Source: Clostridia bacterium
Lineage (GTDB): Bacteria > Bacillota > Clostridia > Christensenellales > UBA1242
Length of the DNA: 64,000 bases
Reading direction: 5' to 3'
Assembly (NCBI GenBank): GCA_900767835.1
Contig: CAAGAO010000030.1
Coordinates: 26,766 to 90,765, forward strand
The translations under genes were made by a program, and so were the position numbers. Below the pieces are notes generated by a model that did no database searches, was not told the DNA's origin, and was given only the letters and a program-made list of their open reading frames with translations. This document shows positions 1 to 10,012 of the stretch, one piece after another. Every line of letters starts with the position of its first letter. Within the stretch, counting starts at the first letter, position 1.

Positions 1-301
1 GCTCTTTGGTTATGTACACATCTTCACTTGAATGTGTTGATGCCAAAATATATAAACTTGGATATTTTTTATCTTGCACCAATGCTTGTTTTAATCTACA
101 ATTCCCCAATATAACATCTAAAATATCAAAATCAATATTTTGTTCTAACCCCATTACGACATCTAAATTATTCAGTCCAATATCCATATCTAAAATTGCC
201 ACTCTAAATCCAAGACTAGCAAGCTTCATTCCAAGCCTTGCACAAATTGTTGTTTTGCCAACACCACCTTTTCCGCTCGTTATCACAATTTTTCTCGCCA
301 T
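1..301 (-). CDS. minD: Septum site-determining ATPase MinD; the N-terminal part is present and the gene runs off the window start
   Basis: The reverse strand from the ATG at 301 reads MARKIVITSGKGGVGKTTICARLGMKLASLGFRVAILDMDIGLNNLDVVMGLEQNIDFDILDVILGNCRLKQAL... This carries the deviant Walker A motif (KGGVGKT) and the MinD-typical DxDIGLxNLDVVMGLE. It is absent from the ORF track because the stop lies outside the window. Confidence 0.8.
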   Translation of the reverse strand, partial: MARKIVITSGKGGVGKTTICARLGMKLASLGFRVAILDMDIGLNNLDVVMGLEQNIDFDILDVILGNCRLKQALVQDKKYPSLYILASTHSSEDVYITKE

Positions 302-430
302 ATATTTTACCCTTTTAATTTCATTTTAAAAATTAAAATATTTTTTAATAAGAATAATAATTTCATTTACAATTTCAACTTTTACAGAAAAACTAAAATA
401 TTAATAATATTTTCAAAAAAAATAATATCA

Positions 431-461
431 AAAAAATGCCTTTGTTTTAAAGGCTTTTTTT
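431..461. terminator. Bidirectional intrinsic terminator hairpin downstream of mreB
   Basis: The stem gccttt/aaaggc (438-443 / 449-454) is flanked by an A-run and a T-run. Confidence 0.5.
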
Positions 462-579
462 ATGTAAATTTATATATTTTTCACTAATTTTAGCGAATAA
501 TTATAGTATTTTTTTAAATGAATATTTTTAATTGTATCATTTATACATTTAACAAAATTAAAATATTTTATAAAATTAT

Positions 580-1590
580 TTATAACTCATTCAAGACTTT
601 TTTTAAAGCATTTAAATTTGCCAAAAGTTTTCCTGCTCCCAAAATACAAGCATTAGAAGAATCTTCAGCAATTATAATTGGCAAATTTAATGTTGTCCTA
701 AGGTATCTTTCTAGACCAACAATTTCCGAAAAGCCACCAGTTATTAAAATTCCATTTTTAGCGACATCAGCACTAATTTCTGGAGGCAAAATATTAAGTG
801 TTGTATCAACAATACGACACAGTTCGGTTAAAAGAGGCATAACTGACATTTGTACATCAGTTGCATACACAACTACACTTGCTGGAGATTTTGTTCGGAC
901 ATCTACACCCATAACTTCCATATTCGCAGTGTCATTTGAATACAAACTACCAATTTCTTCTTTAATTTTTTGTGCTGAAGTCAAACCTATTTCCACCCCA
1001 TACTTATTAGACACTGTGCGGACAATTTGTGCATCTATTGCTTTACCACCTACACACAGAGTTGCACCATCTATTAAAGTCCCCAAATTTACAACGCCGA
1101 TATCTGTACTCACTCCACCTATATCTATAACCATATTCGCAGAATTTGCAAATATATTTACTCCTCCACCATAGCAAGAGCATAACAGCCTTGGTACAAA
1201 AATCACATCATTGACACCAACATTCATAAATACGGTCTTTAAATCGTTTTTTTCTTCTTGTGTAAGACCGGTTGGATATGGCACTAAACATTTCAGTTTA
1301 GTGAATATACTTTTTTTAGGTATTACTTTATCCAAAAAATGTTTTAAAAGAATAGTGGCATAATCAATTGATTTTACCACACCTTCAGATATAGGACTAA
1401 AAACTATTGTACGGTCATCAGTTTTTCCTTGAATATCTTTTGCCTCTTTTCCCATTGCTTTTACTTCATAACCACCATCAGTCATCATTGCACCTATCAA
1501 GGTTGGTTCTTTCAATACTAAGCCACAATCTTTCCTATAAATACTTGTATTTGAGCCGCCTAAATCAACAGCGAGCAATATTTCTGCCAT
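580..1590 (-). CDS. mreB: Actin-like rod-shape protein MreB/Mbl
   Basis: MAEILLAVDLGGSNTSIY...EPTLIG...ISEGVV.. is an actin/MreB-type fold signature. An AAGGAG RBS lies 5-6 nt before the ATG at 1590, so the longer track start at 1617 is unlikely. Confidence 0.8.
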   Translation of the reverse strand: MAEILLAVDLGGSNTSIYRKDCGLVLKEPTLIGAMMTDGGYEVKAMGKEAKDIQGKTDDRTIVFSPISEGVVKSIDYATILLKHFLDKVIPKKSIFTKLKCLVPYPTGLTQEEKNDLKTVFMNVGVNDVIFVPRLLCSCYGGGVNIFANSANMVIDIGGVSTDIGVVNLGTLIDGATLCVGGKAIDAQIVRTVSNKYGVEIGLTSAQKIKEEIGSLYSNDTANMEVMGVDVRTKSPASVVVYATDVQMSVMPLLTELCRIVDTTLNILPPEISADVAKNGILITGGFSEIVGLERYLRTTLNLPIIIAEDSSNACILGAGKLLANLNALKKVLNEL

Positions 1591-1912
1591 AAATTCTCCT
1601 TTTTTACATTTTAACACTAACTAATTATATTGTCAAAATAGAATTTACAAATAGGTTAAATTAAACAAGTAAAAATTTTAATTTATAAAACACAACCTGT
1701 TAAAAACCCCAAAATATCAATTTTTACAATGCACAAAAAACACCAGTTTCAATCTCTTTACAACTATAATTTAACAAAAAAATAAACAAAAAAATATTAT
1801 GATATGTAGATAAATTTTGTATATAAATTGGTTTTACTTAATATATAACATTTCACCAAATTTTATTTATAAGCAAACAAAACATTTTATAACTTTTTAA
1901 ATGAGGTAATAT

Positions 1913-2200
1913 ATGAAAAAAAACGATATATACACTTTTAAACCGCTAAGTTTTGAAAACTTTAGTCCCGATTTTTTTGATAATGATTTTAACAACTATG
2001 ACTATAATAGACAACCTTGTAATTTTTGCTACCCAAAAAGAAATTGCACAAATTGCAAACCGAATAGGCCATATCCGCCAAATAATGTTTGCCCACCACA
2101 GATGCCACCAAAATGTCCACAACCTCCATTTCCTATTGATTGTTCTAAAGATAATTTTAGATATTTTCTTTTAGGTTATTTGTTTGGCAGTTGGTATTAA
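1913..2200 (+). CDS. Small Cys/Pro-rich protein of unknown function
   Basis: 95-aa ORF with a GAGG RBS. The C-terminal half is rich in C, P and N (CNFCYPKRNCTNCKPNRPYPPNNVCPPQMPPKCPQPPFP). No family was recognised. Confidence 0.4.
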   Translation: MKKNDIYTFKPLSFENFSPDFFDNDFNNYDYNRQPCNFCYPKRNCTNCKPNRPYPPNNVCPPQMPPKCPQPPFPIDCSKDNFRYFLLGYLFGSWY

Positions 2201-2366
2201 ATATAGTAAAAAAAACAAACAGTATTAAAAAAATTAAGCAAAATTTATTAAAAATAGGATAAAAACAATTTTTACCCTGTTTTTTTCTACTAAAACAACT
2301 TTTTGTTTATTATTTTGTAAAATTATAAAAACAATCCATTTAGAAAAATGTTGACATTTAGATTAT

Positions 2367-2927
2367 TTATCTTCTTATCCTTTTAAGCCTAAATCTATTA
2401 AACCTTTGAACCAAAATTGATGGCAAATCTGCGAGCAATGATGCAAGAGTTGCGGTTATTACATAAATATACCACTCGTCAGTGGAAAGCACGCAACCAA
2501 GAACTATTGCAAAAAAACCAGCAAAAAAGCAAACCCAATGAATAATTTCCGCATTGATGTTGTTTTTTAAAACCATTTCAATCTTGTTTTTATCTTTATC
2601 TCCCTCAAGCGTGAATGAATTTTTGTAAAGTGTTATAATTTTATCTTTCCATTTTTTTACACCTAGTTTTTGCAAAAAATTAAATTCTTTTTCACTTACA
2701 TCAAACATTTTACTATTTGTATTAATTTTTTTACGAACAAAAAATGTGAAAAATAAACCTATTATAATTCTCATATCAAAATGATATACAAACATCAATA
2801 AGGTTATAAAAGTTGAAAATTGCCATGAACTAAATCCTAAACTTAAACACAAAAACAAACTCGTTAAAAATAACAAGTTGACTACAACAACAATAATAAT
2901 TCCATTTATCAAAGTTTTGTTTTTCAT
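2367..2927 (-). CDS. Polytopic membrane protein of unknown function
   Basis: 186-aa ORF with several hydrophobic helices and a basic C-terminus (QRFNRFRLKRIRR). Confidence 0.5.
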   Translation of the reverse strand: MKNKTLINGIIIVVVVNLLFLTSLFLCLSLGFSSWQFSTFITLLMFVYHFDMRIIIGLFFTFFVRKKINTNSKMFDVSEKEFNFLQKLGVKKWKDKIITLYKNSFTLEGDKDKNKIEMVLKNNINAEIIHWVCFFAGFFAIVLGCVLSTDEWYIYVITATLASLLADLPSILVQRFNRFRLKRIRR

Positions 2928-3148
2928 TAATTTAATCTATCACCTTTTTAAATTTTAGCATCATTATATAATAAAATCAACTTTATATTAATCTTGACTT
3001 ATAAATAATTAAGGAGTAAAAAAATTCTTTATACGTTTAACAACTACCTATCCAAATATATATCCCGTTTTTTAAAAAAGTACATAATTTGACATATCAC
3101 TGTATTTGTGCTAATATTTTAAGATTAACATAAAAAAGGAGAATTTTT

Positions 3149-4183
3149 ATGAGGTCCTTAAATAAGTGTTTGGCTGACATAAAAAAGAGTAGCAACATTG
3201 CAATTTTTACACATTCTACACCAGATGCTGATGCTTTAGCGTCCGTCATTGCACTTAAAAAACTTATTAAATACAATAATCCCGAAAACGAAAAAATTAT
3301 TGATTTATTTTTTGATTATGACGAAATCAGTGATGTCAATAATGCTATCATTAAAGGCGTAGCACATAATGTTGAGAGATGTCACAATTACGATTTGGGC
3401 ATTGCTTTAGATTGTGCTAGTAAGTCAAGGCTTGGTAAATGGCAAGATTTATTTGATAAATGCACAACGACTGTAAATTTTGACCATCATTCCACAAATG
3501 AAAATTTTGCTGACAACAACCTAATCTTAAAAGCATCTTCCACATGTGAAGGGCTATATTTAATGGCACAGACAAAAAATATGAAAATACCAGATGATGT
3601 TTGTTCTTTGATATATTCAGGAATAATTACAGACACAAACAATTTAACTCAAGGAGTTATATCAATAAAAACACATAAAATTATTACCGAAATGATGGAA
3701 AGAAAAATAAATCTAGATGCATTAAACGAGCACTTTTTCAAAAATAATACAAAGTCAAAAGCATACTTGTTAAAGAAAGCACTTGAAACTTTAAGATTTT
3801 TTAACGGTGATAGAATTGCTGTTATGAAAATTAACAAAAAAGATTTAGCCGAATGTAGTGCGACCATGGACGATACTTTAGGAATTGTGAATCACGGAAT
3901 TGATATTAAAGGTGTAGATATTGCAATTTTATCTATCAAACAAGAGGACAATAGTTTTTATGTGAGTTTAAGAAGTAAAAACGGAATAAATGTTGCAAAC
4001 ATTGCTAGCCAAATGGGCGGAGGCGGTCATGAACAAGTATCAGCATTCCAATACGCAGGGAATTATACCGATATGTTTGATAAATTAATGCCCCTTTGCA
4101 AAGACGAGTTAAAAAATCACCCACAAGAGCCACATATTGAAGATTTGTTTAGTAGCGAAGATGACAGCACATTATTAAAATAA
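3149..4183 (+). CDS. nrnA: DHH/DHHA1 phosphoesterase (NrnA-type nanoRNase / pAp phosphatase)
   Basis: Motifs present: HSTPDADALAS, DHH(STN), and GGGGH in the C-terminal DHHA1 part. A GGAG RBS precedes the start. Confidence 0.8.
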   Translation: MRSLNKCLADIKKSSNIAIFTHSTPDADALASVIALKKLIKYNNPENEKIIDLFFDYDEISDVNNAIIKGVAHNVERCHNYDLGIALDCASKSRLGKWQDLFDKCTTTVNFDHHSTNENFADNNLILKASSTCEGLYLMAQTKNMKIPDDVCSLIYSGIITDTNNLTQGVISIKTHKIITEMMERKINLDALNEHFFKNNTKSKAYLLKKALETLRFFNGDRIAVMKINKKDLAECSATMDDTLGIVNHGIDIKGVDIAILSIKQEDNSFYVSLRSKNGINVANIASQMGGGGHEQVSAFQYAGNYTDMFDKLMPLCKDELKNHPQEPHIEDLFSSEDDSTLLK

Positions 4184-4197
4184 GAATCACTACTAAC

Positions 4198-4340
4198 AAT
4201 GCGATGTCGCTTTGTTCATTGCATTCACAAATCAATTTACAAACACAAATCCGCACTCTATATAACGGCATCACATTATATATATTGGAGTCACGATTTC
4301 AAGATTCTTTTGTGAAAGCACAAAACTCACTTTCTCTCGC
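4198..4340 (+). repeat. Dispersed intergenic repeat family, longest copy (A), with imperfect inverted ends (MITE-like)
   Basis: The left half matches 32236-32312 (+) and 61251-61325 (-). The right half matches 31411-31478 (-). The shared core is ..ctttgttcatt(g/t)ca(t/c)tcacaaatcaattt(a/g)c..aaatccg..ataacggcatcaca... Confidence 0.6.
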
Positions 4341-4484
4341 TTTTTAATACAAATTAACTAAAAAACTAAAAAAACACAATAAAAAATGCAAAAAAATCAT
4401 TATTTTTGCATTTTTTTATTTTTTTTACTCATTAAGTATGTATTATTTAGCATTAAAATTGCATTATTAAGAAGTAGAGATTAA

Positions 4485-6734
4485 TTAATCATATAGTAAT
4501 TTTAATTTTTCACTGGATTCAAGCAAAAAGTCTTTTAACATTGTTTGGCGAACAACCGTATAGTTATTACTAATCATACGTCTTAAATATTTTTTACTAC
4601 CAACCAGCACCACCATTTTTTTTGCCCTTGTGATAGCGGTATATATTAAATTTCGGGTCAATATTATACTTGGACCACTTATAATAGGTATAACAACCAC
4701 ATCAAACTCACTCCCCTGACTTTTATGAATTGTTATAGCGTAGGCAAGACTTAATTCTCCAATATCGGTTCTCTCATAATTACAAACCCTACCATCTTCA
4801 AAAACAACCTCAGTCTCTCCCGAGCCTTGATGAATTTTTGTTATATAGCCAATGTCCCCATTAAACACACCAGAACCTTCTTCGCTTAAAAGCCCATTTT
4901 GCTTTGTCCATATAAGGTCGTAATTATTGACAGTTTGCATAACTTTATCGCCTTCTCGAAAGATTGTCTTACCAACGACTAACTCTTGTTTTCCTCGAAC
5001 TAATGGATTAATTTTTTCTTGCAAACTCATATTGAGATTTATAGTTCCGCTAGCGCCCGCTTTAAGGGGTGCCAAAACTTGAATTTTTGAGGCGTCTATT
5101 TTTGCAAAATTCGGCAATCGAGATGTAACTAAATTTATTATTGCGTCTTTTATTTCCACAGAATCTTCATGAGATTCAAAAAAGAAATCACGCGAACTAT
5201 TATCAATACAAGGCATTTCACCATCATTAATCAAGTGGGCGTTTGAAACAATCAAACTTTTTTCATCTTGTCTAAATATTTTAGTAAGATAAGATACTTT
5301 AATAATTCCACTATCCAAAATATCGCCTAAAACATTGCCTGCGCCAACACTTGGAAGTTGATCTTTATCTCCAACCAAAATTAATTTACAATCACTAGGA
5401 AGAGCTTTTAGCAAGGAATTCATCAACAATACATCCACCATAGATACTTCATCTACCACTACTGCATCTACATTTAAAGTGTTTTGCTCATTATACACGA
5501 ATGTGGAGCCACCTCCACGAAAATTAAGTTCTAAACCACGATGTATGGTTTTCGCCTCTCTCCCCGTACTTTCACTAAGTCGTTTGCTGGCTCTACCAGT
5601 AGGTGCTAATAACATAACTTTATTATTATTTTGTTCCAATATATTTAAAATGCATTTAATAATTGTTGTTTTACCTGTACCAGGTCCACCTGTAATTACA
5701 CTAACGCCAGATTTTAATGACATATCAATTGCATTTCTTTGTTGTTCATCAAAAGTAATATTGTTCAACTTCTCAAAAAAAGCAATTGCTGTTGAATAAT
5801 CTGAGTTATTGGAACTCGCAGTCAAATTTAGCAATGATAATTTTTGAGCAACTGAACTCTCAGTAAAATACATACGAGTTAGCATAACAATTTCTTGCCC
5901 ATTTTTCGACATAAACATAGATATGGTCTTATCATATCCCATATCGTCAAGCACCTCAACTATTTTATCACTATTACTTTCTAAATTTAAGCCTAGCAAA
6001 GTGCTTACTGCCTCTAATAATTGTTTTTTATAAACAAATGTATTTCCATTTTTTTCGCAATTATCTGTAATTGTATGAATAATTCCTGCTCTAATTCTAA
6101 ACTGAGAATTTGAGGCGATCCCCATACTTTTAGCAATATTATCGGCTGTTAGAAAACCTATTCCGTCCACATCTTCAACTAGTCTATAAGGATTGCTTTT
6201 TACATATTCTATGGTTTTATCGCCATAGTTATTGAATATTTTTATAGCCATATTGGTGGAAATATTATAACTTTGTAAAAACATAACTGAATTTTGCATT
6301 TTTTTAATTTCATTAAATGCTTCAGATATAGCAATCGCTTTTTTAATACTAATGCCACGAATTTTTGCCAGTTTTTCTGGGCAATATTCAATTACAGTTA
6401 GTGTGTCTTTTTTAAACTCATTAACTATCAACCCAGCAGTTACTGGTCCAATACCTTTAATTAAACCGCTAGATAAATATTTTTTTATACCAGATAATGT
6501 GTTAGGATAAATAACTTCAGCGGTAGAAAAAGCAAACTGCTCCCCATACTTAGAATTAACTATTTTTCCATTTAGTTTATAGCATTGCCCAACCTTTGCA
6601 TCAGAAAGAGTGCCGACAATAGTTGTATATTCATCAAAGCCGTTTTCATTATGTGATAAAACAGCAACGGTATACCCATTGTCTTCATTCCTAAATATTA
6701 TTTCTTCAATTATGCCTTGCAATTCCATAATCAT
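4485..6734 (-). CDS. recD2: RecD2-type SF1 5'-3' DNA helicase
   Basis: Walker A GGPGTGKTT, DEVSMVD, and the C-terminal motif AITIHKSQGSEF. The N-terminal HhH region and 749-aa length are typical of RecD2. Confidence 0.85.
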   Translation of the reverse strand: MIMELQGIIEEIIFRNEDNGYTVAVLSHNENGFDEYTTIVGTLSDAKVGQCYKLNGKIVNSKYGEQFAFSTAEVIYPNTLSGIKKYLSSGLIKGIGPVTAGLIVNEFKKDTLTVIEYCPEKLAKIRGISIKKAIAISEAFNEIKKMQNSVMFLQSYNISTNMAIKIFNNYGDKTIEYVKSNPYRLVEDVDGIGFLTADNIAKSMGIASNSQFRIRAGIIHTITDNCEKNGNTFVYKKQLLEAVSTLLGLNLESNSDKIVEVLDDMGYDKTISMFMSKNGQEIVMLTRMYFTESSVAQKLSLLNLTASSNNSDYSTAIAFFEKLNNITFDEQQRNAIDMSLKSGVSVITGGPGTGKTTIIKCILNILEQNNNKVMLLAPTGRASKRLSESTGREAKTIHRGLELNFRGGGSTFVYNEQNTLNVDAVVVDEVSMVDVLLMNSLLKALPSDCKLILVGDKDQLPSVGAGNVLGDILDSGIIKVSYLTKIFRQDEKSLIVSNAHLINDGEMPCIDNSSRDFFFESHEDSVEIKDAIINLVTSRLPNFAKIDASKIQVLAPLKAGASGTINLNMSLQEKINPLVRGKQELVVGKTIFREGDKVMQTVNNYDLIWTKQNGLLSEEGSGVFNGDIGYITKIHQGSGETEVVFEDGRVCNYERTDIGELSLAYAITIHKSQGSEFDVVVIPIISGPSIILTRNLIYTAITRAKKMVVLVGSKKYLRRMISNNYTVVRQTMLKDFLLESSEKLKLLYD

Positions 6735-6935
6735 ATTATAAATTATTTAGGTAAAAAAGTAAACAATAATTCTATTATTATTTATACATAGCAAAATGTA
6801 AATAAACGATTTAAGCATAGAATTAGGAAAATACAAATCGACGATTAAAATCGAGACAGCACACAAATCAATCCAAAACATTTTAGACAAAATGAAGATA
6901 AAAGAGGTCTTGTTTAAACAAAAAACTCAAAAAAA

Positions 6936-6951
6936 TGTTTCACGTGAAACA
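6936..6951. promoter_or_regulatory. parS centromere site (perfect TGTTTCACGTGAAACA)
   Basis: Exact 16-bp palindrome matching the Firmicute parS consensus, about 75 bp upstream of parA. Confidence 0.85.
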
Positions 6952-7027
6952 TTTTTACAAAAAATTTCTTCACAAAAATAATTGTATATGATATACTAAT
7001 ATCGAAAACAAAAGGAGGAGAACTATT

Positions 7028-7837
7028 TTGGGTAAAATAATATCATTTGCCAACCAAAAAGGTGGAGTTGGCAAAACAACAACATGTGTAAACTTATCAG
7101 CATTTCTTGCATTGCTCGGTCAAAAGATATTACTAATTGATATGGACCCACAAGGCAACGCATCAAGTGGTGTTGGTATAGAAAAAACCAAGCAAACAAA
7201 AACAATGTACAACTTAATAAGTAAAGAATGTTACATAGATGAAGTCATACAACACACATACCTACCAAATTTAGATATAATACCAGCAACCGTAGACTTG
7301 GCGGGAGCCGAAATAGACCTAGTGCAGATGAATTCTAGAGAAAATGTTGTAAAAAATATCTTAAATAAAATAATTAACAAATACGATTACATAATGATTG
7401 ACTGCCCACCATCTTTAGGGCTACTTACAGTAAACGCTTTAACAGCATCAAACTCAGTAGTAATACCTATACAATGCGAATTCTTCGCTTTAGAAGGTTT
7501 AACACAATTAATGAACACTATTAGATTAATCATACACCATCTTAATCCAGAATTACAAATTGAAGGTGTTGTGATGACAATGAAAGACAATCGCTCAAAC
7601 CTTGTATCTCAAGTAAGTTCTGAAATTAATAAATTCTTCGGAAATAAAGTCTTTAAAACATACATTCCAAGAAATATTAGACTAGCAGAAGCACCTAGTC
7701 ATGGCGAGACTATAGCAACATACGATATAAATTCAAAAGGCGCCAACGCATATTTAGAATTAGCATATGAATTTTTAGATAGAAACAATATTAAATATAA
7801 AAAACCAAACAAAAGAACATTAAAGGAGAAAAAATAA
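7028..7837 (+). CDS. soj: Chromosome partitioning ATPase ParA/Soj
   Basis: GKIISFANQKGGVGKTTT deviant Walker A. TTG start preceded by an AGGAGG RBS. Confidence 0.9.
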   Translation: MGKIISFANQKGGVGKTTTCVNLSAFLALLGQKILLIDMDPQGNASSGVGIEKTKQTKTMYNLISKECYIDEVIQHTYLPNLDIIPATVDLAGAEIDLVQMNSRENVVKNILNKIINKYDYIMIDCPPSLGLLTVNALTASNSVVIPIQCEFFALEGLTQLMNTIRLIIHHLNPELQIEGVVMTMKDNRSNLVSQVSSEINKFFGNKVFKTYIPRNIRLAEAPSHGETIATYDINSKGANAYLELAYEFLDRNNIKYKKPNKRTLKEKK

Positions 7838-8766
7838 TGGCAACAAAAAAATCTAGTTTAGGAAAGGGGCTAGGAGCATTACTTTCCGCTTATGATGATT
7901 ATGATGATACAGTTAAGAACAGCAAATCAAACTCAACAAACGATATTGATATTAACAAATTAATTGCAAACCCAAATCAGCCAAGAAAAAAATTTGATGA
8001 AACCGCCTTACAAGAACTAGCAAATTCCATAAAAGTACACGGGGTTATACAACCATTAGTTGTTAACGACCAAAAAGATGGCACTTACCTAATTATTGCA
8101 GGCGAAAGAAGATATAGAGCATCTAAAATCGCAGGTTTAACAGCAATACCATGTATTATTAAAGATTATAGCGAAAAACAAATAAAAGAAATATCAATAA
8201 TTGAAAACTTACAACGCGAAGATTTAAACCCAATCGAATCTGCAAGAGCAATAAAACAACTTATGGACGAATATAAAATGACTCAAGAAGCCGTAAGTGA
8301 AAGAATTGGTGTAAGCAGACCAAATATAGCAAATACATTAAGATTATTATCTTTATGCCCAGAAGTTTTAAATTTAGTAGAAAATGGCAAACTATCAGCA
8401 GGGCACGCAAGATGTTTAGTCCCAATACAAGACTACAATTCACAAATCAAACTAGCAATGGCGGCCTCTGACAACAAAATGACCGTTCGTGACCTAGAAA
8501 AAGCAGTTAAAAACCTATTAAAGCCAAGAGACGCAACAAAGATTCAACAAGTCGAGCAAAGTTTGGAATTAAAAGAGCTTGTTAACGAAATGCAAAGAAC
8601 ATTCTCAACAAAAGTTTCGGTTATCGGCAACGACAAAAAGGGACGTATATATATAGACTATTACTCTAGAGATGATTTAGATAGAATTGCAGAACTAATA
8701 CAATTATTAAAAACTAAAAAGTTAACACTAAAAGAATTAAGCGAGTTTAATAAAAGAATCAAATAG
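7837..8766 (+). CDS. spo0J: Chromosome partitioning protein ParB/Spo0J
   Basis: ParB box GERRYRA, an HTH region, and translational coupling to parA (TAATG overlap). Confidence 0.9.
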   Translation: MATKKSSLGKGLGALLSAYDDYDDTVKNSKSNSTNDIDINKLIANPNQPRKKFDETALQELANSIKVHGVIQPLVVNDQKDGTYLIIAGERRYRASKIAGLTAIPCIIKDYSEKQIKEISIIENLQREDLNPIESARAIKQLMDEYKMTQEAVSERIGVSRPNIANTLRLLSLCPEVLNLVENGKLSAGHARCLVPIQDYNSQIKLAMAASDNKMTVRDLEKAVKNLLKPRDATKIQQVEQSLELKELVNEMQRTFSTKVSVIGNDKKGRIYIDYYSRDDLDRIAELIQLLKTKKLTLKELSEFNKRIK

Positions 8767-8925
8767 TTTATTTAACAACTTACATTCAAATATTTCTATT
8801 TCCTCAAATTTTAACAAATATCTTTCTTTGCGGAAAGCATATGAACATTGAATATAGACCTAACTAGCCATATTATCAATCTTATTTCACTTATAAAACT
8901 ACAACTAAACTTCATTATAAAAAAA

Positions 8926-8941
8926 TGTTTCACGTGAAACA
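8926..8941. promoter_or_regulatory. Second perfect parS site, which doubles as a hairpin/terminator after parB
   Basis: Identical 28-bp block aaaaaaatgtttcacgtgaaacattttt as at 6930-6957. It lies 160 bp downstream of the parB stop. Confidence 0.85.
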
Positions 8942-9118
8942 TTTTTTTATTAATATTGTAACATTATTATATAGAAATAAAACAACACATTATAATTAAC
9001 CTTAACACATAAAAATTTGTAAAATATATTAACAGCAACTAACATAACAAATAGATTTTTAATATGCATTAATTGTTTTAACTCAAATATTTGACATCAT
9101 CAAAATTTTTGTATCTTA

Positions 9119-9292
9119 TTAAATATACCTACCACAACAACCAGTATTTCCATTTCCCAATAAGTTGCCACCATTAAATAGTAATAAAGCAAACAACAAT
9201 AATATTGATGTGTTATTAGCCAAATTTATATCATTCGCATTCGCAAACAAACCGATTAATATTAACAATAAAAATTCTTCAGTATTATTCAC
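9119..9292 (-). CDS. Small hydrophobic peptide (57 aa, GTG start) with a C-terminal GNGNTGCCGRYI tail
   Basis: Below the track's size cutoff. A strong AAGGAGG RBS lies 6 nt before the GTG. Translation: MNNTEEFLLLILIGLFANANDINLANNTSILLLFALLLFNGGNLLGNGNTGCCGRYI. It is divergent from the ArsR-family gene. Confidence 0.45.
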   Translation of the reverse strand: MNNTEEFLLLILIGLFANANDINLANNTSILLLFALLLFNGGNLLGNGNTGCCGRYI

Positions 9293-9467
9293 ACCCCACC
9301 TCCTTATGCGACCATATTACATATAATTCTACAAAATACAACTATTTTCTGCTTGCTTACAAAAACAAATAGATACTATAATATGTTTAATTGTAGAATT
9401 ATTTATTCGGTCATTTCTAGCAATATATATGATTCAATAAAAAATTTTGTTACAAAAGGAGCAATCA

Positions 9468-9812
9468 ATGGAATACATCTTATTAAATAAGGTCGAAGAA
9501 AACGAAATCAACAACTATATGCCATCTGAAAAGAAATTAAAAAACTTAGCAAACTTTTTTCAAAATTTTTCAGACTCAACAAGATTAAAAATTATATCCG
9601 CACTCAGCATAAACGATTTATGCGTAAACGATTTGTCTAATGTCCTAAACATTAATCAAACAACAATAAGTCACCAATTAAAATACTTAAAAAATCAATG
9701 TATAGTCGATTCTGTACGGGACGGGAAGATAATAAAATACTCACTACAAAATAAATTTGTCAACGACTTAATGAATTATGCAATAGAAAGTTTAAAAGAA
9801 ATTAAATTTTAA
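9468..9812 (+). CDS. ArsR/SmtB-family winged-HTH transcriptional regulator
   Basis: FSDSTRLKIISALSINDLCVNDLSNVLNINQTTISHQLKYLK is the ArsR HTH signature. An AAGGAG RBS precedes the ATG at 9468, whereas the track start at 9447 is TTG. Confidence 0.8.
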   Translation: MEYILLNKVEENEINNYMPSEKKLKNLANFFQNFSDSTRLKIISALSINDLCVNDLSNVLNINQTTISHQLKYLKNQCIVDSVRDGKIIKYSLQNKFVNDLMNYAIESLKEIKF

Positions 9813-10012
9813 TAATGTATTAATATTTAGTAGAAACTCCACCCCTTCTTGTGATATAATTTATTTTGTAATAGATTTGTTAAGCATATCAACAAATAAA
9901 TCATACATAATTAAAACTGTGTATAACCAAAATCTACTTTTACAAAAAAAATATTTAACCATATTAATTTAATTATGTAAATTTAACTTTATAAAAACAA
10001 GAAGGTATTAAA

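Noticed and set aside
6-1174. Track ORFs 6-329 (+) and 518-1174 (+)
   Set aside because: They are antisense shadows of minD and mreB. The opposite strand carries clear Walker-A/MinD and actin-fold motifs with proper RBSs. The + frames are low-complexity and lack RBSs.
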